This document shows positions 28,226 through 36,761 of a DNA stretch of 64,000 nt, in pieces. How positions within the stretch are numbered: the first letter of the stretch is position 1; the number at the start of each line of letters is the position of its first letter. The stretch comes from Eubacteriales bacterium (GTDB lineage: Bacteria > Bacillota > Clostridia > Oscillospirales > CAG-382), in contig JBMNMA010000001.1 of the NCBI GenBank assembly GCA_050953105.1, positions 401,983 through 465,982 of the forward strand, given 5' to 3'. Made by a program: the position numbers and the translations under genes. The notes under the pieces are model-generated. The model saw only the letters and a list, made by a program, of their open reading frames with translations, was not told the DNA's origin and ran no database searches.

Positions 28226-28948
28226 TTACGACCAGCGGCGTTTTTCATAAACGCGGACGGTGAGGAAAAGGAACACGCCGGCAAAGGATATGAAGTATAT
28301 GATTGCCGCAATATCAAAATATCCCCCTGTAAAGGTGATATACCGGGTAAGCACCGAAAACCATCTGAGTACAACTCTGAAAAAGGTTATTTCGATTCTG
28401 TTTACGACTATACCTATTAGCAGAAGGGCAACCTCAACTGCCATAGTCGAAACGGCGGCGATAAGCTGGTTTTCTGTTAACGAGGATAAAAACAGTCCGA
28501 GGGCGATAAAGGCGGCGCCGATAAGGAACAGCCCTAGAATGTTTGAAAAAAGAATTGCCTTATTGGGGGATCCGTATCTTGCAAGAAGCAAAAAGTTAAA
28601 GGAGTTAACCCCAAGGGTGGCGGCGAATATGGTAAGGGCGGCAAAATATTTTGCCATTACCACCCCTGTAAGGGAAACCGGGGAGGTTATAAGGAGCTGT
28701 TCGGTTTTTTGCTTTTTTTCCTCCGAAAGCAGCTTCATGGTCAAAAGGGGAATGAGTATTGAAAACACAAACAGCAGGTAGATGAAATATTCATACATCC
28801 CCGCATAAGTGTAGTCCCCCGTCTGGTTTTCCTGAAGTATGGTGTAGGAAAACAAAAGCCCCGAAACGGCAAGAAACATTCCGGCAAAGACATACCCTAA
28901 TGGGGTTATGAAGTAGGATTTAAGTTCCCGCTTATAAATGGCAAACAT
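28226..28948 (-). CDS. ABC-2 type transporter permease
   Basis: 240 aa, about 6 TM. N-terminus MFAIYKRELKSYFITPLGYVF is typical of the ABC-2/GldF-like family. Confidence 0.8.
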   Translation of the reverse strand: MFAIYKRELKSYFITPLGYVFAGMFLAVSGLLFSYTILQENQTGDYTYAGMYEYFIYLLFVFSILIPLLTMKLLSEEKKQKTEQLLITSPVSLTGVVMAKYFAALTIFAATLGVNSFNFLLLARYGSPNKAILFSNILGLFLIGAAFIALGLFLSSLTENQLIAAVSTMAVEVALLLIGIVVNRIEITFFRVVLRWFSVLTRYITFTGGYFDIAAIIYFISFAGVFLFLTVRVYEKRRWS

Positions 28949-28950
28949 GG

Positions 28951-29952
28951 TTATTCTACTCCTTTCCCGTCGGCATTTTCTTTGGGTGAATTTTGTCTGC
29001 GGCGTTTTTGGACTTTATCTTTCTTTTCGGGGTCCACAAGGCGGATAAATATGTCCTCAAGGTTTATTTCGTCCCCTTCAAGACCTATAAGGGGATAAGA
29101 TGCTTTTGCCAGAGCGTAGAACAGGGGCTTTCTTACGTCCACCCGGTCTTCGCTTTCAATAAGATAACTTACCGAATCGGTGTCCCGGCGGCCCAGTTTT
29201 TCGGCATATTTAACCCCGGGGGTTGACCGCAACAGCTGAAGCACGCTGTCCTCGGGGCCGACAATCTTGGCCACAAGGCGTCTTGTTCCCTCAACGGCGT
29301 TTATAAGGTTTTCGGTTTTTTCGTTGGCCACTATGCGGCCCTTGTTTATAACCACTATCCGGTCGCACACCGACTGGACTTCAGGCAGTATGTGGGTGGA
29401 CAAAATAACGGTATGGCTTTTACCCAGATGGCGGATAAGGTTTCTTATTTCTATAATTTGTTTGGGGTCAAGGCCGATGGTGGGTTCGTCAAATATAAGC
29501 ACCTCGGGGTTGCCGATAAGGGCCTGGGCGATGCCCACCCTCTGGCGGTAGCCTTTGGAAAGGTTTTTAATCATACGGTTATACACATCGACGATTTTAA
29601 CCACTTCGCACACTTCCCTTAAATGCTGCTTTCTGGGCAGGGTGCAGTTTTTAAGGTTGTAGCAGAAGTTAAGATATTCCTTAACCGTCATTTCGGGATA
29701 CAGAGGGGGCTGTTCGGGGAGGAAGCCGATTTTTCTTTTGGCTTCAAGGGGGTGTTCGAGAATGTCCACCCCGTCAATGGTTACCGAGCCGCCTGAGGCG
29801 GAAAGAAAACCGGTTATTATGTTAAGGGTGGTGGATTTTCCGGCGCCGTTAGGCCCCAAAAAACCCGTTATCTCCCCCTGCTCGATGTTAAAGGAAACGT
29901 CAACCACGGCTTTTTTGTCGCCGTAGTTTTTATAAAGATTTTTTACTCTCAA
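28951..29952 (-). CDS. ABC transporter ATP-binding protein (GldA/DrrA-like)
   Basis: Walker A GPNGAGKST, signature LSKGYRQR, Walker B LIFDEP. Confidence 0.92.
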   Translation of the reverse strand: MRVKNLYKNYGDKKAVVDVSFNIEQGEITGFLGPNGAGKSTTLNIITGFLSASGGSVTIDGVDILEHPLEAKRKIGFLPEQPPLYPEMTVKEYLNFCYNLKNCTLPRKQHLREVCEVVKIVDVYNRMIKNLSKGYRQRVGIAQALIGNPEVLIFDEPTIGLDPKQIIEIRNLIRHLGKSHTVILSTHILPEVQSVCDRIVVINKGRIVANEKTENLINAVEGTRRLVAKIVGPEDSVLQLLRSTPGVKYAEKLGRRDTDSVSYLIESEDRVDVRKPLFYALAKASYPLIGLEGDEINLEDIFIRLVDPEKKDKVQKRRRQNSPKENADGKGVE

Positions 29953-29956
29953 TCAT

Positions 29957-31741
29957 TTATTTTTCCTCTCCTTTTACCGTAATACCCAATTCGTCAAGCG
30001 CCTTCTGATTTACCTTAGTGGGGCATTCGGTCATGGGTTCGCTGGCGTTTTGCATTTTGGGGTAGGCCACAACCTCCCTTAACGACGACGCCGAAAGCAT
30101 TTGCATTACCAGCCGGTCAAGGCCAAGTCCCATTCCCCCGTGGGGAGGAGCGCCGTATTTGAAGGCGTCAAGGAGGAAGCCGAATTTGGCTTTAGCCTCC
30201 TCGTCGGAAAGGCCGAGGAGCTTGAATATTCTTGCCTGAAGTTCGGGGTTTGTAATTCTGATTGAGCCGCTGGAAAGCTCGATGCCGTTTAGCACCAGGT
30301 CGTAGGCTTTTGCTCTAACTTTTGCCCGGTCGGTTTCAAGATAGGGCAGACATTCGTCGAGGGGAGAGGTAAAGGGATGATGCATTGCCACCCATTCTCC
30401 CGATTCCTTGTCAAATTCAAAGAAGGGCATTTCCACAACCCAAAGGAACTTAAAGCCTTCCCTTTTTATGCCGATTTTGTTTGCCACCTGAACACGGATA
30501 AGGCCAAGGGTGTTTAACACCAGGTTTTCGTTTTTATCGGCAAGGATAAGCAATACGTCGCCGTCGGCGGCTTCTGCCTTTGCCTTTATTCCCTCAAGTT
30601 CGGCTTCGGTCATATGCTTGGTAAATGAGCCGGTCACTCCGCCGTCGGCATATTTGAGATAGCATAATCCCTTAAGACCGCAGCTCTTGGCGTATTCGGT
30701 GATTTTATCTATTTCTTTGCGGGTAAGCTTTTCGGTGGAATTTTTAACGTTTATACATCTGACCGTTCCCCCTTCGGCAACGGCAGACTCAAACACGGGG
30801 AAGGTGGAATTTTTAACCGCTTCGGTAATATCAATTAGCTCCATGCCGAATCTGATGTCGGGCTTGTCGCTGCCGAAGCGTTCCATAACCTCTTTATAGG
30901 TAAAACGCTCGATTGGTGTAGGGATGTCAATATCAAGGGTTTCCTTGAAAAGCCGCTTGATAAATCCTTCGGTAAGGGCAAGAATGTCCTCCATATCCAC
31001 AAAGGACATTTCAAAGTCTATCTGGGTAAATTCGGGCTGACGGTCGGCACGCAGGTCCTCGTCCCTGAAGCAGCGGGCGATTTGGACATACCTGTCAAAC
31101 CCGGCCACCATTGAAATCTGCTTGTAAAGCTGGGGCGACTGGGGGAGGGCGTAGAAGGAGCCTTTATGAACCCGTGAAGGCACAAGATAGTCCCTTGCCC
31201 CTTCGGGGGTGGACTTTATAAGCATTGGGGTTTCGATTTCCACAAAGCCGTTTTCGTGAAAATAATCCCTTGTGACTTTAGCCACCTTACTTCTGAAAAT
31301 AATATTGTTTTGAAGGGTAGGCCTGCGCAGGTCAAGGTAGCGGTATTTCATTCGCAAATCTTCGCCGGCGTTGGTGGTGTCGGTAACCTCAAAGGGGGGT
31401 GTTTCGCTTTGGGCAAGGATTTTAAGTTCGGTTACATCAATTTCCACGTTCCCGGTGGGAATGTTGGGGTTTTTGGATGCCCGTTCCCTTACAATACCCC
31501 TTGCGAAAAGCACAAATTCGCTCCTTACGGTTGACGCCTTTTCAAAAATTGCCCTGTCGGTTTTATCGTCAAAGGCAAGCTGGACAATGCCTGTCCTGTC
31601 CCGCAGGTCGATAAATATGAGCTGCCCTAAGTCCCGCTGTTTTCCGCACCAGCCGGCCACGGCAACTTCTTTTCCGATAAGATTTTCATTAATATTCCCG
31701 CAGTAATGGCTCCGGCGGGAGTTGCCTAATAACTCTGCCAT
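29957..31741 (-). CDS. aspS: Aspartate--tRNA ligase
   Basis: FIDLRDRTGIVQ, class II motifs (FRDEDLRADRQPEFTQID; GGMGLGLDR). Confidence 0.97.
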   Translation of the reverse strand: MAELLGNSRRSHYCGNINENLIGKEVAVAGWCGKQRDLGQLIFIDLRDRTGIVQLAFDDKTDRAIFEKASTVRSEFVLFARGIVRERASKNPNIPTGNVEIDVTELKILAQSETPPFEVTDTTNAGEDLRMKYRYLDLRRPTLQNNIIFRSKVAKVTRDYFHENGFVEIETPMLIKSTPEGARDYLVPSRVHKGSFYALPQSPQLYKQISMVAGFDRYVQIARCFRDEDLRADRQPEFTQIDFEMSFVDMEDILALTEGFIKRLFKETLDIDIPTPIERFTYKEVMERFGSDKPDIRFGMELIDITEAVKNSTFPVFESAVAEGGTVRCINVKNSTEKLTRKEIDKITEYAKSCGLKGLCYLKYADGGVTGSFTKHMTEAELEGIKAKAEAADGDVLLILADKNENLVLNTLGLIRVQVANKIGIKREGFKFLWVVEMPFFEFDKESGEWVAMHHPFTSPLDECLPYLETDRAKVRAKAYDLVLNGIELSSGSIRITNPELQARIFKLLGLSDEEAKAKFGFLLDAFKYGAPPHGGMGLGLDRLVMQMLSASSLREVVAYPKMQNASEPMTECPTKVNQKALDELGITVKGEEK

Positions 31742-31773
31742 ATATTTTCCTTTCGGCGAATATCCGCCTTTTT

Positions 31774-33033
31774 CTATTTGAGTATTTTAATAAATCCTTC
31801 GGACGATAAGGGAATTTGCGCTTCTTCCCCGCTTTGTAGGTTTTTAAGCTTTGCAAAACCTGCTTCAAGCTCGTTGTCGCCCATAACGCAGACATAGGTG
31901 TATCCGCCCTTGTCGGCATACTTCATCTGGGCCTTGGCCGAACGGCCGGTTAAATCGGTATCGCAGGCTATGCCCTCTTTACGCAGTTTTTCGCAAAGCT
32001 CAAGGGCGAAAGCGGCGGCTTTGCTCCCCAAAGGGGCAAGATACAGCACCGGTTTATCGGTAGCGGCATCTACGGCGCCGTCTGATTCCATGGCAAGAAT
32101 AAGTCTTGACAGTCCGGCGGCAAAGCCTATGGCAGGCAGTTCCGGGCCGCCCAGCTCGGCGATAAGTCCGTTGTATCTTCCGCCGGCGGCGATGGTGGAC
32201 TGGGCGCCTATGCCTGTGTGGACGAATTCAAACACAGTGCCGGTGTAATAGTCAAGCCCTCTTACGCATTTGGGGTCTTCTATATATCTTACACCCGAAT
32301 TCTTAATTAAACCTTTAAGGTTTTCGTAATGATTTTTACAGCCTTCGCACAAATAGTCGGTGGTTTTGGGGGCATTTTTAGCAAGCCTTGAGCATTCCTC
32401 CTCTTTGCAGTCGAGAATCCTTAAGGGATTGGTTTCAAGCCTGCCTTTGCAGGTGTCGCAAAGCTCATTATAATGCTCATTGAAATAGGCTTTTAACGCC
32501 GCCCTGTAAACAGGACGGCATTCGGGACAGCCTATGGAATTTAAATGCAGGGTGTAATTTTTTATTCCAAGCTCTGAAATTACCGAATTGGCAAGGAAAA
32601 TGGCCTCGGCGTCGGCATAAGGGGTGTTTGCCCCCATAATTTCGCAGCCGAACTGGAAAAATTCACGGCTTCTCCCCGCCTGGGGCTTTTCATACCTGAA
32701 AAAGTTGGAAAGATAATATAACTTAAGCGGCAGGGCGCCGGCATACAGTCCGTTTTCCACCACCGCTCTGCAGACACAGGCGGTGCCCTCGGGCCGTAAT
32801 GTCATTGACCGGCCCTCTTTGTCCTGGAAGGTATACATTTCCTTCTGGACAATGTCGGTGGTGTCCCCCACCCCTCTTACAAACAGTTCGGTGTATTCAA
32901 AGGTGGGAAAACGGATTTCGGAAAATCCGTACAGCTTACCCTGCCGGCGGCAGACAGACTCAACCCGTTGCCACAAAGGGGTTTCGGACGGGAGAATGTC
33001 CGATGTGCCACGGGGCTTTTTTATGTCAGGCAT
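31774..33033 (-). CDS. hisS: Histidine--tRNA ligase
   Basis: PRGTSDILP, RYEKPQAGRSREFFQFG, AAGGRY. Confidence 0.96.
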   Translation of the reverse strand: MPDIKKPRGTSDILPSETPLWQRVESVCRRQGKLYGFSEIRFPTFEYTELFVRGVGDTTDIVQKEMYTFQDKEGRSMTLRPEGTACVCRAVVENGLYAGALPLKLYYLSNFFRYEKPQAGRSREFFQFGCEIMGANTPYADAEAIFLANSVISELGIKNYTLHLNSIGCPECRPVYRAALKAYFNEHYNELCDTCKGRLETNPLRILDCKEEECSRLAKNAPKTTDYLCEGCKNHYENLKGLIKNSGVRYIEDPKCVRGLDYYTGTVFEFVHTGIGAQSTIAAGGRYNGLIAELGGPELPAIGFAAGLSRLILAMESDGAVDAATDKPVLYLAPLGSKAAAFALELCEKLRKEGIACDTDLTGRSAKAQMKYADKGGYTYVCVMGDNELEAGFAKLKNLQSGEEAQIPLSSEGFIKILK

Positions 33034-33443
33034 TATTTGCGTTTCTCCTTCTTGATGTTTTCACGCCAGTCAAGGTCGCCTCTTTCAAGGGCGAACAGCA
33101 GTGCCTCGGCGGTGGCGATATTGGTGGCTACGGGGACATTATACATATCGCAAAGGCGGATAAGGTTCATAATCCCCCCGGAATATTCTTCTTCGTTGTT
33201 GGGGTCGCCGAAATAAATAAGCAGGTCAACCTCATTATAGGCAATACGTGAGGCTATCTGGTCACTGCCTCCCCGGGCGCCGGTTAACAGCTTTTCGATT
33301 GTAAGGCCGGTTGCCTCGCTGATGTATTTGGCGGTTATGGCGGTGGCGCAGAGCTGGTGCCTTGAAAGAATGCCGCAGTAGGCGATGCAAAACTCGGTCA
33401 TTAAGGGCTTTTTGGCGTCGCTTGAAATAATTGCGATTTCCAT
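33033..33443 (-). CDS. Methylglyoxal synthase-like (MGS-fold) protein with degenerate active site
   Basis: Collinear with MgsA (IAIISSDAKKP.., ATAITAKYISEATGL.., GGSDQIASRI.., LLIYFGDP.., VPVATN), but the catalytic His and Asp positions are substituted (see findings). Confidence 0.7.
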   Translation of the reverse strand: MEIAIISSDAKKPLMTEFCIAYCGILSRHQLCATAITAKYISEATGLTIEKLLTGARGGSDQIASRIAYNEVDLLIYFGDPNNEEEYSGGIMNLIRLCDMYNVPVATNIATAEALLFALERGDLDWRENIKKEKRK

Positions 33444-33488
33444 ATTGTAACCGATCCTTTCGTTTAGCGGTATACGGTGGACATTTAT

Positions 33489-34286
33489 TCAGTCAATAAT
33501 TAACGGATAATGCTTTTTGCTTTTGGGCTTTTCCACGTTGTGGAACAGTGGAACGTTTTTGCCGGTTATGCGGCAGGCAATGTTGTATATTGCCGCTTCA
33601 TAGGGGGATGCAACCTTGTCGTCGGTGGAAAAGGCGGTAAGTCCGCTTTCCTGGTCAATAAGCACGTTTTTGTCAAAGGGGATAACCCCCAAAAGCCTTA
33701 TGGCGGAAAGGTTTATAAGCTCATAAACTGTGGGCAGCGCCTCTTCCCGGGCAAAATCCGGGCGGTAGCAGTTTACTATAAGCCTAAGATTGCGAAACCC
33801 CAATGACCTTAGCTTTATTCCCGTCTTTTCGGCGGCCCTTATAGACATGGACTGGTGGAGGGATACCACCAGCGCATCGTCTGCGGCGGAAGCGAAGGCA
33901 AGGTAATAGGGGGTTTCTTCCGCCGAGGAATCGATGATTATATAGTCAAACATGGTGCGAAGGGTTTTGAAAAGGTCTATAAATGTACTTGCGGGTAATA
34001 TTTTTTCGGGTTTCCACATAGGGGATGCAAGAAAATGCAGGTTCTTTGGCTTTTCGCAGGGGATGATAGCGTCGTTTATGCCGCATCTGCCGTTTATTAC
34101 GTCGTTAATATCGTAGATGACTTCGCTTTCAAGGCCCAATGCCATGTCAAGGCATCTCATTCCGAAATCCCCGTCCACTGCAAGCACCTTTTTTCCCATG
34201 CCCGCAAGGACGGCGGAAAGGTTGGCCGAAAGGGTGGTTTTGCCTACTCCTCCCTTAAAAGAGGTTACGAAGATGACACGCCCCAA
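33489..34286 (-). CDS. MinD/ParA-family P-loop ATPase (orphan; no minC or minE nearby)
   Basis: Deviant Walker A SFKGGVGKTT, AVDGDFGMRCLD, Walker B IIIDSSAE. The likely start is TTG 34286, which lies 6 nt after AAGGGGG. ORF-track ATG 34304 has no RBS and lies about 10 nt from the predicted TSS. Confidence 0.8.
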   Translation of the reverse strand: MGRVIFVTSFKGGVGKTTLSANLSAVLAGMGKKVLAVDGDFGMRCLDMALGLESEVIYDINDVINGRCGINDAIIPCEKPKNLHFLASPMWKPEKILPASTFIDLFKTLRTMFDYIIIDSSAEETPYYLAFASAADDALVVSLHQSMSIRAAEKTGIKLRSLGFRNLRLIVNCYRPDFAREEALPTVYELINLSAIRLLGVIPFDKNVLIDQESGLTAFSTDDKVASPYEAAIYNIACRITGKNVPLFHNVEKPKSKKHYPLIID

Positions 34287-34320
34287 GACAATCCCCCTTG
34301 CCATAATAAATATTCATAAT

Positions 34321-34349
34321 ATTTTAGCATTCCCAAGCCCGTTTGTCAA
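34321..34349 (-). promoter_or_regulatory. Strong sigma-A promoter for the MinD-like...lipoprotein gene string
   Basis: Minus strand reads TTGACA, 17-nt spacer, TAAAAT, with an extended -10 (aTGcTAAAAT). Confidence 0.7.
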
Positions 34350-34425
34350 TAAGATGAACTTAAGAAACGGTGTTTGCGAAAATTTGTTTACATTGACTTA
34401 AAATTATATTTTTTGCAAATTTCTG

Positions 34426-34454
34426 TTGACAACAACGGCGTGGGGTGATATAAT
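34426..34454 (+). promoter_or_regulatory. Sigma-A promoter of the pyrR-pyrP operon
   Basis: TTGACA, 17-nt spacer, TATAAT, with an extended TG (gTGaTATAAT). Confidence 0.8.
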
Positions 34455-34486
34455 ATGCCGAAAACAAGAGTGAACATACTTTAAAT

Positions 34487-34502
34487 CGGTGCAGAGACGC
34501 CG
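34487..34502 (+). promoter_or_regulatory. Putative PyrR-binding hairpin in the pyr leader
   Basis: CGGUG-CAGAGA-CGCCG hairpin. The CAGAGA purine loop resembles the PyrR binding-loop core (..CCAGAGAGG..). Confidence 0.5.
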
Positions 34503-34544
34503 GCAAGTAGTGAGAATAATCTTATAATATCCCATTATGCTTGT

Positions 34545-34572
34545 CTGCGTCCTTAAAAGGGCGCATTTTTTT
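34545..34572 (+). terminator. pyr leader attenuator terminator
   Basis: ctgcgtcc-ttaaaa-gggcgca followed by a T7 run, about 35 nt upstream of the pyrR ATG. Confidence 0.75.
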
Positions 34573-34606
34573 ATGCCAAACAAACTACCAGAAAGGCGGG
34601 ACGTTT

Positions 34607-35140
34607 ATGGAGATTAAATCAAAAATACTTACCGAAGAAGCCTTTGACCGGACGGTTATGCGTATATCCCACGAGATTCTTGAGCGAAACAGCAACGAAA
34701 CCGAGCTTTGCATTGTGGGAGTATTAAGACGGGGGGCATCGCTGGCATCCCAGATAGCCAATAACTTAAGAAAGCTTTCCGACATAACCATAAACTTAGG
34801 CACCCTTGACATTACCTTCTACCGGGACGATTTAACCAAGGATATCCTTAACCCGTCGCTAAACAAGACAGACGTTAATTTCAGCGTGGAAAACAAGGTT
34901 GTGATTATAGTCGATGACGTAATCTACACCGGACGGACCGCCCGGGCCGCCATGGATGCGGTTATAGCCTTAGGCAGACCGAGGAAAATTCAGCTTGCCG
35001 TCCTTGTGGACAGGGGCCACCGGGAGCTTCCCATACGGGGGGACTATGTGGGTAAAAACGTTCCCACCTCCAAAAAGGAAGTGGTGTCGGTTAGGGTTCC
35101 CGAATACGACGATTCAAAAGAGGTTGTAATTTTAGGTTAA
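34607..35140 (+). CDS. pyrR: Bifunctional pyr operon attenuation protein / uracil phosphoribosyltransferase PyrR
   Basis: The MEIKSKILTEEAFDRTVMRISHEILERN.. N-terminal block and the VIIVDDVIYTGRTARAAMDA PRPP motif. ORF-track start 34541 lies inside the terminator hairpin and is rejected. Confidence 0.92.
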   Translation: MEIKSKILTEEAFDRTVMRISHEILERNSNETELCIVGVLRRGASLASQIANNLRKLSDITINLGTLDITFYRDDLTKDILNPSLNKTDVNFSVENKVVIIVDDVIYTGRTARAAMDAVIALGRPRKIQLAVLVDRGHRELPIRGDYVGKNVPTSKKEVVSVRVPEYDDSKEVVILG

Positions 35141-35166
35141 AATAAACAATAAAAAGGAGAAAATTT

Positions 35167-36603
35167 ATGGACAAGCCCCAAAACAATTTAATCTATCAGA
35201 TTAACGACAAACCGCCCTTCCACCGGACCGTGCTGTTTGCCCTTCAGCAGCTGCTTGCCATTATTGCGGCAACAATAGTTGTTCCCGTAATTATAGGCAA
35301 CGGAATGTCCCAGGCCGCAGCCCTTATGGGTGCAGGTTTCGGCACCATCGTGTATCTGCTTTTTACCAAGAACCGTTCACCCGCGTTTTTAGGTTCTTCC
35401 TTTGCATTTATCGGCTCCATGGCCTCCGCCTTTGCCGGCGCCGCAACCAACGCCCTCGGCTATGCCGGTCTTTTAATAGGCGCTGTTATAGCAGGTCTTG
35501 TGTATGTAATAATCGCAATAGTGGTTAAGTTTGCAGGCGTTAACTGGATAAACAAGCTTATGCCTGCGGTTATTATAGGGCCCACCGTTGCAATTATCGG
35601 TCTTTCCCTTGCCGGCGTTGCGGTAAGCGACCTAATGGGCGGTGTTACACCGGTTGGCGGTTCCTACATAGTAAACGGTCAGTCGGCAATCTACATCGTA
35701 TGCGGGCTTGTCACCCTTTTCACTGTAATGATAGCCTCGGTTTATTCCAAAAAAATAGGCCGGCTTATCCCCTTTATCATAGGCATACTTGCCGGATACT
35801 TTACCGCCATAATATTCTACATAATAGGCAAAATCGGCGGCTGGGAATCCTTACAGATTATCGACTTCTCCCCCCTTACCAACCTTTTTGATGAAATAAA
35901 CATCAAATCCTTTATAACCTACGACTTATATAAAGATTTTACCATCTACAAAGCCTTCGGCTCCTTTAACGAAGTAAACGGCACCTATCTTTTAACCCTC
36001 TTCACCGCTTACGCCCCCGTGGCTTTTGTGGTGTTTGCCGAACACCTTGCCGACCACAAGAACCTTTCCTCCATTGTGGGCAAAGACCTGCTTGAGGATC
36101 CCGGCCTTTCCCGCACCCTTATGGGCGATGGTGTCGGCTCGGTTGTGGGCTCTTTAGTCGGCGGCTGCCCCAACACCACCTACGGCGAATCCATCGGCTG
36201 CGTGGCTATCACCAAAAACGCCTCCACCATAAGCATCTGGGGCGCAGCTATAGCCGCAATAGTATTTTCTCTCATAGCACCGGTTATGGCCTTCTTACAG
36301 ACAATACCCAAGTGCGTTATGGGCGGTGTGTGCTTTGCCCTCTACGGATTTATAGCCGTATCCGGTCTTAAAATGCTCCAGAAGGTTAACCTTAACAAAA
36401 ACCGCAATCTGTTTGTGGCATCGGTTATCCTTATCGCCGGTGTGGGCGGACTTCAAATCCAGTTCGGCGAAGTTACCGTTAGAACGGTTGCCTGCGCTCT
36501 TATCCTTGGCATTATAAGCAACGTTATCCTTGCCGTAGGCAAAAACAACGACGACGATCTTGCCAACGAATATACCCTTGTTGAAAATAAGGAAAACAAA
36601 TAA
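35167..36603 (+). CDS. pyrP: Uracil/xanthine permease (NCS2 family)
   Basis: Polytopic protein in the NCS2 family (e.g. AEHLADH, NTTYGESIG), directly after pyrR. Confidence 0.85.
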   Translation: MDKPQNNLIYQINDKPPFHRTVLFALQQLLAIIAATIVVPVIIGNGMSQAAALMGAGFGTIVYLLFTKNRSPAFLGSSFAFIGSMASAFAGAATNALGYAGLLIGAVIAGLVYVIIAIVVKFAGVNWINKLMPAVIIGPTVAIIGLSLAGVAVSDLMGGVTPVGGSYIVNGQSAIYIVCGLVTLFTVMIASVYSKKIGRLIPFIIGILAGYFTAIIFYIIGKIGGWESLQIIDFSPLTNLFDEINIKSFITYDLYKDFTIYKAFGSFNEVNGTYLLTLFTAYAPVAFVVFAEHLADHKNLSSIVGKDLLEDPGLSRTLMGDGVGSVVGSLVGGCPNTTYGESIGCVAITKNASTISIWGAAIAAIVFSLIAPVMAFLQTIPKCVMGGVCFALYGFIAVSGLKMLQKVNLNKNRNLFVASVILIAGVGGLQIQFGEVTVRTVACALILGIISNVILAVGKNNDDDLANEYTLVENKENK

Positions 36604-36620
36604 AATATCCTTTGTTGACA

Positions 36621-36651
36621 GGGGCGGGCGGTAAAGCCCGCCCTTTATTTT
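36621..36651 (+). terminator. Rho-independent terminator after pyrP
   Basis: gggcgggc-ggtaaa-gcccgccc followed by tttatttt. Confidence 0.8.
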
Positions 36652-36684
36652 AAGCCTACATATTAACCACAGTTAATTTTCCCA

Positions 36685-36713
36685 TTGACAAACGGACACA
36701 AAATGGGTAAAAT
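36685..36713 (+). promoter_or_regulatory. Sigma-A promoter for lipoprotein gene 36762
   Basis: TTGACA, 17-nt spacer, TAAAAT. Confidence 0.65.
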
Positions 36714-36761
36714 AAGCAGGTAACTCATAATTTAAAATGTGAATAAAAAAGGAGTAGCTTC

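Noticed and set aside
34541-34606. An upstream extension of pyrR (track start TTG 34541).
   Set aside because: The extension runs through the leader terminator hairpin and T-run. The conserved PyrR N-terminus starts at ATG 34607.
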